Below are positions 49,586 to 58,783 of a stretch of 64,000 nucleotides of DNA, piece by piece; position 1 is the first letter of the stretch; each line of letters starts with the position of its first letter. The notes below the pieces were generated by a model, which did no database searches, was not told the DNA's origin, and saw only the letters and a program-made list of their open reading frames with translations. The stretch comes from a bacterium (GTDB taxonomy: Bacteria; Zhuqueibacterota; Zhuqueibacteria; Zhuqueibacterales; Zhuqueibacteraceae): NCBI GenBank assembly GCA_044869275.1, contig JBIOXB010000086.1, forward strand, positions 46,633 through 110,632, written 5' to 3'. The translations under genes were made by a program, and so were the position numbers.

Positions 49586-52500
49586 TCACTTCAACAGCAA
49601 CACGCGCTGCCGGCGAACCTGCACTACCGCATTCGCCAGCTCGGCCCGTCTAAAGCTGGCAACGGCGAAATAAATTCCGGAGGCGACCGTGCGATTGATG
49701 CGATTTTTGCCGTTCCAACCCACGAGATGGCGGCCTGCGTTCTTGCTTTCTTCGGTCAAGGTCACGACCTCGCGGCCCTGCAGATCGAAAATCTTGAGCG
49801 TCAATTCCCCGTCTTCGGGCAGCGCCACTTCAAATTGCGTTGCCGCGCGAAACGGATTGGGGAATTGTCGCAAGGAAAACGTGGCGGGGGTGCTCCAGGG
49901 CTGGCCTCCGGTCGTGTCTGTATCCGTCAACCTTGCCTGAAATCTTACCGACAAGAGCGGATTGCCGAGCACGCGCGCTTCGACAATTTGCAGATTTCCT
50001 TTGCCGAGCTGCCAGCGCACGCGCACCGTGCCTTCTGCGCCGGTCTGGTGCGGAAAGGCCGCGTCGGTCCCGAAATACCTCGGAAAAATCGTGCCCCCGC
50101 CATGCTGCACGTCGAACTCAATCGGCACGTTTGACATGCCCGCGCCTCTTGCGTCCAGCGCCTGGAGTACCAGTGGCGCGCGCAACAAATCACCGCGCTT
50201 GCCGCTTTGCCCGTTGCCGGAACCGATCACCAGCTGCTTGACTTGTGCAAAAGTACTGACAACATACAGGCGGCTGAGGGCGGCATTGCCGGCGGCATCC
50301 ACAAGCTTCACGCGAAAATGATATACCGTGTTTTCCAGCAGACCCGTCAGGCGAATCACATGAGTCGTGTCCAGCATGGCCGTCCATGAAGTGGTTTGAT
50401 CCAAAGCTTGCCCCAGGCCATATTCGATCTGTGCCCGGGCCGGTTCACTCGCGCTGCAAACGATCGTCGCTGAAGTTGTTGTGATTTCCTGCCAGCCGAG
50501 ACCTTGCAACGAAGGTGGATTCACTTCACCCGCATCCGTGAACACCAGGAGCTCGGGTTGATAATTGGTGGACTCGCGCGCATCGTATGAAACAAGTTGT
50601 GAACCCGAGCCCACAAACGCCAGATTGTAGATCCCGCGTTGAGCGAGGCTGGAGTCGACTGCGACCTCTTGCCAATCTCCGGCCGGGGTATTCGGCAGGC
50701 GTCCCAAATCTGCATTGGCCAAATTTGGTTTGGTCAGCCAGGTGACCTCCTCCTCATTCCAATTGCCGGTAATGCTTTTCAACATGCCCGCGCTGCTGCC
50801 GGACTGCCGGCTGTGCAGCCGCAAGCTCGTTTTCAAAACTCTTCCGGTTGTGCCTGTGGCTTGAAAGCGCAAATACATCTCGCGCCCTTCGCTGAAGATC
50901 AATGGCATGCGGGCGAAATTGGCGTGATCGCGCGTGGCGCCGCTCAATCCGGCGCGCTCGACGAAGGCGTCGGCCACGGGTTGAAAAAGATACTCGCCGC
51001 CGCGCAGGGTGATGAAGGCTTGCTCTTCACTGCGCGCGAGATTGCTGCTGCCGTCCAGCGCGACCAGGCGGAAGTAATACCTTTTTTGCGGCAGCAGGTT
51101 CGGCAGCACGGCGCTGAAGCTCGTTGCCGCCGGGCCGAGTGCGGTCGTGCGCTGCGTGTACTGGCCGGCGGCGCTGCCGTATTCGATATAGCAAATCGCT
51201 GGCTCATGGGTTTGCCACTCCAGCCGCGCGGCATTGGCATAGAGGTCGCGCACGTTCACGGCGCGGATTTGCGGTGGGAAAACATCCGCGGGATTGATCC
51301 ATTCGCGCACGACGACGTTGGAAAAGATTGGACCGCCCAGCGCGGGATATTGATTGTGTTTGAAGTTGGTGATCAAATCACCGCTCAGCGTGTAGTCGCG
51401 GCCCAGGAAAAGGTAGCGCAATTCCATGGCTTGTGAATTGGTGTGCGAAAGCTGCAGCACACCGTCGCGAAAAAACTGCAATTGCCTGCCGCTCCACGTG
51501 ATTTTCAAGCGATATGTTTTCTCTTTCTCCCAATCCCCCGCAGTGCTGGTATTCAGCTCCTGCTGGTCGTATGTCCACGAGAGCATCTTCAGCCCTGGGC
51601 GATAATAAAATCCCGCGTGCAAATCCCACACGGTTTCCTGGCTCTCCATGGGATGATGATTGCCCCAGGGCATGCGAAACATGCTCAAGAAGTGATGCCG
51701 CTCTTTGGAGTTTTGCTCCAACGGCCGAAAGTTGCGCACCTCCACTTCCAGCTCGCCACGCATGATATAGCGCCCCAAATCATACATGAGCATATCCTCA
51801 TCATTGAACGTCTGCCAGCCGCCGTCGCTGGCGAACCGCCCTCCCGTGCGCATGCCTTTCGCCGTGTCTTTGAGCGAATCCATGAGCACGACCTGGGGAA
51901 CGCTGGCGGTTTCCGGTGCGGCGACGTGCGTGCCAAACGTCAAGTTGCCGCTGGCGGTGACATTGCCGGCGCTGTCTTCCGACAAAACACGATAATGATA
52001 CGTGGTGTCCGCGATCAATTGCGAGAGCGTGGCTTGATGAGAGGTTCTAAGATCGTCATGGCGAGGCGTGGCAAGGCCATACTTCGCCGTGAGGCCGTAT
52101 TCAACTTGTGAAGTGGCCGGCTGGTCCGTGCGCCAGAAAACCAGGAAGTCCGCGAGGCTTTTGACCACGGAGGGATTTCCCAATATGCGCGGCGGACTGA
52201 TGTCGGTCCGCACCGTAACAAACGCAGCAAAGCCTCTGCCCGGCGGCGTCAGGCTAAAAGCAGCGCTGGCCACACCGGAAAAAGTTGCGCCCCAGCGGCC
52301 GGTTTTGGTATCGAACCAGTGCCCGAAAACGTTGCCACTCCAGTCCGCAAGATTAGCCGTAAATGAGCCGGTGGTGTCGGCATACACGACCAACTCCACA
52401 CCACGTTTGCCCGCTAGCAATCGCTTGGGAGTCAAAGCTTCGAAACGATCGAATTGCCACCATTTGATGTCGTACTTGCCGTTGTTCGTCCAAAAGTTTT

Positions 52501-53842
52501 TGAGAATGGTCATGAACGCTGCCCCCGGCGCATTCAAATTCTGAGCAGTCATGTTCGCGTCGTAGTGGAAGGTGCCGGTGTCGCCGTAAACCAAAAACCC
52601 TCCACGCATCACGATCTCCCATGCATCCTGGCGCACTTCTTCGGCAGATTGGTCGCCTTCGTAGCCGAATTCCGCATTGATCACGGGTTTGTTGAAGACG
52701 CGATCGGGCGTAATTTGCCGGGCGTGAAAAATCTGCTGATAAATCGTCGTGTGCCAGGGCGCATTGCCGAAGTCATCCGCGCTGGTATCGATCGTGTGAA
52801 TCGTAACCGGATGCGCAAAGGGATCCTGCGCGCGCACGAGATTGCCGATAAAACCGTAGCCGCCGGGCGGAGTGAATTCTTCGTATTCGCCGGCAATGAT
52901 CCAAAAGACGTTGTAAGCGGCGTAACGATGGACGGTGTATCGCACGAATCTTTCCACCTGCTCACGCGTGGCAAAGAGCTTCCAGGCATCGTCGCCCCAG
53001 GCCAGCATCAAACCCACGACCAGGCCCTTGCTGTTGAAGTAAGCCATGCGCCGGTCGAACGCCTGCCAAAAGAGGGGATTCAAGCTGTCCACTTGATTGG
53101 CGAAGAACGGCGGCCCGCCTTCGTTCACTTCGTTGCCTTCAGGATACGTTTGATAGAACACGCCATGAACATAGTTGAACCCCTGCGCCGCGCGCGTGTC
53201 GGCATAGGCTTGAAATTCCGAGGGCCAGGAAATCGCCGCGGTACTGAACGACCATTGGGTGTCGCCCACGAGAAAGAACGGCGTGCCGTCGTCGTGGGCA
53301 AAAGTATACGGATAAGTTTTCGATTCACGCACGTGCCCACGCGCGGAGATATGCGGCGAGGGCAGTGTTCCGCTGCAAGTGAACGTGCCGGTTTTGCCGT
53401 GCATGGCAGTATCGGTTGAAACCGAGGCCCATTGCCATTCGCCTTGTGCCGGCGCTGCGAAGCGCACACGAAATGCCTTGCCGCCGTCCCAATAGCCATG
53501 CACGCTGAGAACCTTCCCGCGCGCTGCGCCGGAGGTGCCGGTGAAGATCATGCTCAAGCTCGGGCCCGAGCGATAAGGATTGTGCCCGCTTGCCGAAGAG
53601 ATCAGGGTGATTTCGAGAATCTCGTAAGCAGCCACGATGCGCTGCAGCTTTCCTTTATCTAGAAGCTTGGCGGTACGGGAAGAAGCGTTGTCGCCTGCCG
53701 CCGCGCCTGCAATGGCATGAATTGCCGAGGCGTCGTGCGCTTTGAAACTTTGCGAAAAGACTTGTTCATAAGTTTTGCTGCCCAGGAACAGCAAAAAGAT
53801 GGCGGCCAACCCCAGCCGGTTACCATGCCAAAACTTCGACAT
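49586..53842 (-). CDS. Secreted DUF5060-DUF4038 (apiosidase/GH140-like) protein with FN3, ConA-like and DNRLRE/CBM96-like modules and T9SS-like CTD
   Basis: GYWDGG..FRVRFA, DGTPFFLVGDT.W, QGFN, AYNVFWIIAGEYE, PVINAEFGYEG; ADAFV..YLRF..TW..P.L; FPNPF CTD. Confidence 0.78.
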   Translation of the reverse strand: MSKFWHGNRLGLAAIFLLFLGSKTYEQVFSQSFKAHDASAIHAIAGAAAGDNASSRTAKLLDKGKLQRIVAAYEILEITLISSASGHNPYRSGPSLSMIFTGTSGAARGKVLSVHGYWDGGKAFRVRFAAPAQGEWQWASVSTDTAMHGKTGTFTCSGTLPSPHISARGHVRESKTYPYTFAHDDGTPFFLVGDTQWSFSTAAISWPSEFQAYADTRAAQGFNYVHGVFYQTYPEGNEVNEGGPPFFANQVDSLNPLFWQAFDRRMAYFNSKGLVVGLMLAWGDDAWKLFATREQVERFVRYTVHRYAAYNVFWIIAGEYEEFTPPGGYGFIGNLVRAQDPFAHPVTIHTIDTSADDFGNAPWHTTIYQQIFHARQITPDRVFNKPVINAEFGYEGDQSAEEVRQDAWEIVMRGGFLVYGDTGTFHYDANMTAQNLNAPGAAFMTILKNFWTNNGKYDIKWWQFDRFEALTPKRLLAGKRGVELVVYADTTGSFTANLADWSGNVFGHWFDTKTGRWGATFSGVASAAFSLTPPGRGFAAFVTVRTDISPPRILGNPSVVKSLADFLVFWRTDQPATSQVEYGLTAKYGLATPRHDDLRTSHQATLSQLIADTTYHYRVLSEDSAGNVTASGNLTFGTHVAAPETASVPQVVLMDSLKDTAKGMRTGGRFASDGGWQTFNDEDMLMYDLGRYIMRGELEVEVRNFRPLEQNSKERHHFLSMFRMPWGNHHPMESQETVWDLHAGFYYRPGLKMLSWTYDQQELNTSTAGDWEKEKTYRLKITWSGRQLQFFRDGVLQLSHTNSQAMELRYLFLGRDYTLSGDLITNFKHNQYPALGGPIFSNVVVREWINPADVFPPQIRAVNVRDLYANAARLEWQTHEPAICYIEYGSAAGQYTQRTTALGPAATSFSAVLPNLLPQKRYYFRLVALDGSSNLARSEEQAFITLRGGEYLFQPVADAFVERAGLSGATRDHANFARMPLIFSEGREMYLRFQATGTTGRVLKTSLRLHSRQSGSSAGMLKSITGNWNEEEVTWLTKPNLANADLGRLPNTPAGDWQEVAVDSSLAQRGIYNLAFVGSGSQLVSYDARESTNYQPELLVFTDAGEVNPPSLQGLGWQEITTTSATIVCSASEPARAQIEYGLGQALDQTTSWTAMLDTTHVIRLTGLLENTVYHFRVKLVDAAGNAALSRLYVVSTFAQVKQLVIGSGNGQSGKRGDLLRAPLVLQALDARGAGMSNVPIEFDVQHGGGTIFPRYFGTDAAFPHQTGAEGTVRVRWQLGKGNLQIVEARVLGNPLLSVRFQARLTDTDTTGGQPWSTPATFSLRQFPNPFRAATQFEVALPEDGELTLKIFDLQGREVVTLTEESKNAGRHLVGWNGKNRINRTVASGIYFAVASFRRAELANAVVQVRRQRVLLLK

Positions 53843-54260
53843 TGTGCTTCGTCCTTATGAAAAATAAAAACGTCTTGAGATCGTTGTTGCAAGTCTTGAA
53901 TACGTCTGCAAGAGAGGTGTTTCAACAAGCGCCGATCGGCACCCTACTGGAAATGGGTTGCTGCAGCGATTCCATGCAACTCCTGGGTGACGGTGAATGG
54001 ATGTTTTAGACTTTCCTTCCTGGAAAGCAGCAAGCCGGGAGGTTTGAAGATATGGCAGGCGATCTTAATGCGAATATTATACCACTGAAGCGGGAATCTG
54101 CAGAGACCATGCAAAACAAAAATTGTGAGAGGTTTTTCGCGGTTGCCAGCCACTTTTGCTGACAAGAATGTAACATTTTGCAACAGCCTGTCTCAGCGGA
54201 GCACCAAAGAAGTTTCGCAGGAAATTCTCAAAAGGCAAAAGGCTTCACGCACCCAATACC

Positions 54261-54496
54261 TCAAGCTTCCACCCAGCTTGCCGGTTCTCCGAGTTTGATC
54301 TCGCCACCATCCAACACCTCGGCAAACGCTCCGCCGCCCCAATGGCTGCGCATGGCTTCTTGCAAGCCGGGCCAGGCCTCTTCCATGCGCTCGCACGGCC
54401 GCGTTTCACCATGAATGAGCAAACGGCAATCGCCGATTTTTAGAATTCGCCGGCGGCTATTTTCCAGATGGCTTCAAGTTTTCCAGGTTTTTCCAT
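54261..54496 (-). pseudogene. MOSC-domain protein remnant with internal deletion
   Basis: MEKPGKLEAIW joined out of frame to LENSRRRILKIGDCRLLIHGETRPCERMEEAWPGLQEAMRSHWGGGAFAEVLDGGEI. Confidence 0.7.
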
Positions 54497-54691
54497 CGTT
54501 GCGTTCAGGCTTGAAATTGTTCCTATTCTTAATAAAATAGAAGCAAAATAATTAACGACAAAATGAATTCTTGAATCTTAGTCGGACTCGTCATCCGCTT
54601 CATCCGCCAAATCCGTCTGCGCGAATAAGATTCTAAATGTGGTTTTGATTTCTTCTTCTTTTTGCGCCGCAGTTCTGGAAATCTCTGCCCA

Positions 54692-56083
54692 TTAGCCTGC
54701 AAGTGTTGCCGCACGCCCGGCTTCTTCCGCTTGCTTGCGCGCCAAGCCGGCGCGGCCGTCATAGCGCAAGAATTCCGGCAGCATAAACGCGAGCGCGGCG
54801 CTACCGAGCACGCACAAAACTCCGCCGGACACCACCGAAATGCGAATGCCGAACAGGCTGGCGACCAGACCGGCTTCGGCATTGCCGAGCAAGGGTCCGG
54901 TGGTGTAGCTGATCATCTCGATGCCGGCAAGCCGGCCGCGAAGGTGATCGGGAATGGTTTGATTCCACATGGTTATGCGAAACAATGCGCTCACCATGTC
55001 GCCTGCGCCCGCGAGCGCCAGCCAGAAGAGCGCAAGCCATAAACTCCCGGCCAATCCGAACCCGATAATGGCAGCGCCCCAAATGGTTGCGGCAATGGTG
55101 ATCGCCAGCCCATGTTTGTGGATACGCGCCGTCCAGCCGGAAAAAAACGAGGCGAGCAGCGCGCCGGTGGCGGGCATGGCGTAAAACAATCCCACCGCTG
55201 CGCCGCCAAAATTCTCCGCCATCGCCGGATACAGCGCCATGGGCATGCCGAAAAACATGGCGTTGATGTCGATCAAATAGGTTCCCATCAGCTCGGGGCG
55301 GCTTTTGGCATAGCGCAAACCTTCGAGAATGGTCTTGAGACTTGGGCGATCGGCCTCGGCCGGAGGCGGCACCGCGTGCATCAGCCAAAGTGCGATCAGA
55401 GAAAAGATGAAAGTTGCGCCATCGAGGCCGTAAGCCAATGCCGCGCCAAATTTGGCAGCGAGAAAACCGCCGAGCGCCGGCCCGGCGATGTCGCTTATAC
55501 TCCAGCGCAACGATGACAGCGCGGAAGCGGCGGGAATGAGTTCCGGCGGCAACAAACGCGGTATGAGCGCCTCGCGCGACGGCCGTTGTAAACCGTTGCA
55601 AATGGCGAACAAGGCTGCAATGACGAACAGAACCCACGTGCGCGGTTGCAGCCGCAAGGCATTGGCGATCAACGCACTGCAGCACAAGGCCATGCCCAGT
55701 TCCGTGAGCCAAACCAGGCGGCGGCGATCGACGTAATCCGCCAACGCGCCGCCGAGGAATCCCATCAAGACTGTCGGCACGAATTCCACAAAGCTGATCA
55801 TGCCCACCCAAAACGAGGACCTGGTGAGCTGATACATCTGCCAGGGCAAAACCACGTAGGTCATCATCGAGCCGAAAGACGAGACCGCCTGCCCGAGGAA
55901 CAGCAAACGAAAGTCGCGCGAAAAATGAAGCGGGGTCAAGTCCACTGCTAGGCCGCTGAAGATCCGTCGCCAACGCGAAGGGCGGGATTTCAGTTTTGAA
56001 AGCTTTGTGGAGCCAGGGGCCGGTCCGGCCGGATTTTGCGAATCCAAATGGCTTCTTCCAGATAGTGAGCGAATTGGCCACAC
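54692..56083 (-). CDS. MFS transporter (EntS/MFS_3-like); true start uncertain
   Basis: DFRLLFLGQ.VS..G, GGALADYVDRRRL, AGPALGG, IPDHLRGRL; ~12 hydrophobic segments. Confidence 0.85.
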   Translation of the reverse strand: MWPIRSLSGRSHLDSQNPAGPAPGSTKLSKLKSRPSRWRRIFSGLAVDLTPLHFSRDFRLLFLGQAVSSFGSMMTYVVLPWQMYQLTRSSFWVGMISFVEFVPTVLMGFLGGALADYVDRRRLVWLTELGMALCCSALIANALRLQPRTWVLFVIAALFAICNGLQRPSREALIPRLLPPELIPAASALSSLRWSISDIAGPALGGFLAAKFGAALAYGLDGATFIFSLIALWLMHAVPPPAEADRPSLKTILEGLRYAKSRPELMGTYLIDINAMFFGMPMALYPAMAENFGGAAVGLFYAMPATGALLASFFSGWTARIHKHGLAITIAATIWGAAIIGFGLAGSLWLALFWLALAGAGDMVSALFRITMWNQTIPDHLRGRLAGIEMISYTTGPLLGNAEAGLVASLFGIRISVVSGGVLCVLGSAALAFMLPEFLRYDGRAGLARKQAEEAGRAATLAG

Positions 56084-56250
56084 TGGCCTTTTTCGATATA
56101 ATACGAGATTTTATTGTTGGGAGCTGCGAGAAAATGCCGCTCCGCCGTTTCTTCCAGAACAGGAGTCCTTGGCCGCAATCCCATTCCGCGTTAACGTGTA
56201 TCTTGAGGTACTTATTTGACACTGTAAAGTCAACATGACGAAAAGAGGGC

Positions 56251-57061
56251 ATGAAATACTTTGCCAAGGACCAGGCGCTGTATGAATATCTGCAGTCCAC
56301 CACGCGCTATGTCAACATACAGCTCGGCATCGGCAGCTGGCAGCCGTTTGACGCAACCTACGTGCACACGCGCGGTTACGGCGATTGCAAGGCACTGTCG
56401 AATTACATGATCGCGATGCTGCAGGCCGCGGGCGTGGAAGCATATCCCGTGCTCATTCGCCACGGCGAAGAGGCGCCGGAAGTGTTGGCGGATTTTCCCA
56501 GCAATCAATTCAATCACATGATTGCCTGTGCCAAGCTTTGGCGCACAGCACACCGCGCGAGCGCGAAGATTGGCTGCGTCACGCCATCGACATCGGCAGC
56601 TTTCAAGTGATCAGCGCGGATTTCTCCGGGGCGGAAAAAAGGCAGAGAGAAATCACCCTGCCGGTGACGCTTGCGCTGCCGCGCTTTGCTTCCGTCTCAG
56701 GCACGCGCCTGTTCCTGCGCCCCAACCTCATGGAGCGCCGCAAATACGTGCCGCCCTCCTTGCCGGAGCGCAAGCAGCCGGTGGATTTGAGTTACGCCTA
56801 TCTCGACGTAGATAGCATCTGGTATCGCTTGCCCGAAGGCTTTGCCGTGGAAGCCGCACCCGCGCCGGTTAAAATCGAAACCGCGTTCGGCAGTTATCAT
56901 GCTTCCGCGGATTTTCAAGCCGGCGGCTTGCTGTTATATGTGCGCCGCTTGGAAATGCGCGAGAACCGTTTGCCCGCAGAACAAAATATGAGGAGTATCG
57001 CCAATTTTGGGTGAATGTGGTGAAGGCGGATGGGGGGCAGGTGGTGTTGGTGAGGAAATAG
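56251..57061 (+). pseudogene. DUF3857/transglutaminase-like protein remnant
   Basis: RYVNIQLGIG..GYGDCKAL..FNHMIAC catalytic segment joined out of frame to C-terminal ERKQPV..LPEGF; second frameshift before YEEYRQFW..KAD..VVLVRK*; 5' part missing. Confidence 0.75.
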
Positions 57062-57212
57062 GTTTACAAAACATGAACCACTAATAATAATCAAAAACAA
57101 GCAAGGAGAGATCATTCTTCGCACTTAGTGATCTGGACAACGCGAAAGCTTACAAATAATGTAACAAGGTTATTGCAATTGAAGCAAACAGAGGGCGGAA
57201 ATGAAGAGGGAA

Positions 57213-57539
57213 TTAAACATCTGCTTCTACGCGTTTCGCTTCGGCGTTTTCCAATTGATTCGTCAAGCTCAGAAGCTCACGATGCTCCTCTGGAGTCAGT
57301 GTTCCGTCGCGTCGCTTAGCAGCCAACTGGTTTAGGCTTTTTTGTGCATGAGGTGGCAACCCTTGATTGATCTTGACGAGCAACTCCGACTCATTCGCTG
57401 GCAGATACGGAGCTTTGCGTTGTGCGCGCAGCGCGATCACACGAGCGAAAAGTTCTTCTAGTTCCGAAGCACTCATTCTTTCCACAGCCTCTAGCAGGCG
57501 GGTGGTTGAGAGTGGAATCTCGACTTGTGCAGCTGGCAT
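57213..57539 (-). CDS. Small helical antitoxin-like protein, probably 3'-truncated
   Basis: ESELL.KINQGLP...L.AKRR.GTLTPEEHRELL.LT.QLE...A.RVEA pattern of a widespread antitoxin-like family; ends abruptly. Confidence 0.5.
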   Translation of the reverse strand: MPAAQVEIPLSTTRLLEAVERMSASELEELFARVIALRAQRKAPYLPANESELLVKINQGLPPHAQKSLNQLAAKRRDGTLTPEEHRELLSLTNQLENAEAKRVEADV

Positions 57540-57803
57540 TTTAATTTCACCTTTCCAAATGAGATCCAATCTGGCTAGTCCCCCCACACTTCAACTTCAT
57601 CGTCTCTAGTCGTAAAACAAAAACCCTTCGATCAAAAGTCAAGGTATGGGTAGAGAAGTTAATTTGCCCAAAATCGCTCTGCCTTTTTAATGAACGGCTT
57701 CCAAGGAAATCGGCAATCAATAATTCCTTCAGTTTTCGGCGGTACAAACTATGTGAAACGGAGGTAAGGTGCTGAAAAGCGACTTCTTTTTCACTGGTGA
57801 TTC

Positions 57804-58604
57804 CTACTTCCATGCCGCAAAAGTCAGAAACGCATCCAACGCATAAGCACTGCTAGCTCGTTTGACAAGCCAGTAGAAAATTCTCTGCCCGGGAAGCCGG
57901 TAGGAAACTTGGAGCCGCTGCCAGCGAGAAAAGCCTCCTTTGTGCAATGCTCGCGCCAGCGTTTTGGCCGTGAAGAAACTGCGATGATAGCGCGGGTGAT
58001 TGCCGCCCTGCCATTTGTTGCGGCTGAGCATGAATTTCAAGCTGTGCCAATTCGGCACTTCGACAAAACAAACGCCGTCATCTGTCAGCAATTTTCGCAC
58101 GCGCTGCAAGGCGTCAAAGGGATCGTGAAAGTGCTCCAACACATGCCACAGAGTAATCACCTCAAATTCTTCCGAAGTATCCCGCAACTCTTCCAGTGTT
58201 TTTACCTCGGCGTTGACCCGCATTTGATGGCAGGCGAATTCGACGGCGCGCGCTGAAATCTCGATTCCCGAAGCTTCAAACCCCTTCTCCTGCGCGGTTT
58301 TGAGAAAATAGCCGCGGCCGCAACCAATATCGAGCAGCCGGCCTTGCATTTTGAATTTTTGGATCCACTGTAGACGTTGGGAATTGATGGCGCACATTTC
58401 CGCCAGCGCCGGAACGGAAGAATCTAAGCGGTAATCATTTGCTGAGAAGTTTGAGGCAGCGTAGTAATCTTCGTAAAGGTTGTTTTGATCGGGTGGGTTG
58501 CCTAAATAGACAAGAGCACACTGGCGGCATTGCACGAGGTGGAAGGGGGGCTCGATGAGCTTCGTCTTGCAGATGGCGCTGCCGCAGTTTGGACAGGCTC
58601 TCAT
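57804..58604 (-). CDS. Class I SAM-dependent methyltransferase with N-terminal Zn motif
   Basis: CPNC/CRQC, LLDIGCGRG, ITLWHVLEH, EVPN. Confidence 0.88.
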   Translation of the reverse strand: MRACPNCGSAICKTKLIEPPFHLVQCRQCALVYLGNPPDQNNLYEDYYAASNFSANDYRLDSSVPALAEMCAINSQRLQWIQKFKMQGRLLDIGCGRGYFLKTAQEKGFEASGIEISARAVEFACHQMRVNAEVKTLEELRDTSEEFEVITLWHVLEHFHDPFDALQRVRKLLTDDGVCFVEVPNWHSLKFMLSRNKWQGGNHPRYHRSFFTAKTLARALHKGGFSRWQRLQVSYRLPGQRIFYWLVKRASSAYALDAFLTFAAWK

Positions 58605-58671
58605 TTGTTTGGAGGTGGTTGTTCCATTGTAGTAGCTTGACAATGTTTGGTCAAATTGCCCCTTCCTAAAA

Positions 58672-58738
58672 TGTCAGGCCGTAGGCACCTTTTCTAGTTT
58701 TCATATGGCTGCTGGGGAAGATTCCTACGGAATGACAA
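58672..58738. mobile_element. MITE/REP-like element with TGTCATTCCGTAGGAATC-type terminal inverted repeats
   Basis: Degenerate left arm tgtcaggccgtaggcacctt, right arm aagattcctacggaatgacaa. Confidence 0.55.
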
Positions 58739-58783
58739 ACAAAGAGGACTTTCTCAAGACAACTTAACATTGTCAGCTACGCC

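Noticed and set aside
54801..56303. Long alternative-frame or antisense ORFs (also 7927-9213, 14880-16070, 42349-43782, 5819-7015, 3063-4073)
   Set aside because: They overlap well-supported genes, have no recognisable motifs and are typical shadow ORFs of GC-rich DNA
57547..57813. Possible Uma2-endonuclease remnant
   Set aside because: Only vague resemblance (FQH..; DRRVFVLRLE), with no catalytic PD-(D/E)xK motif
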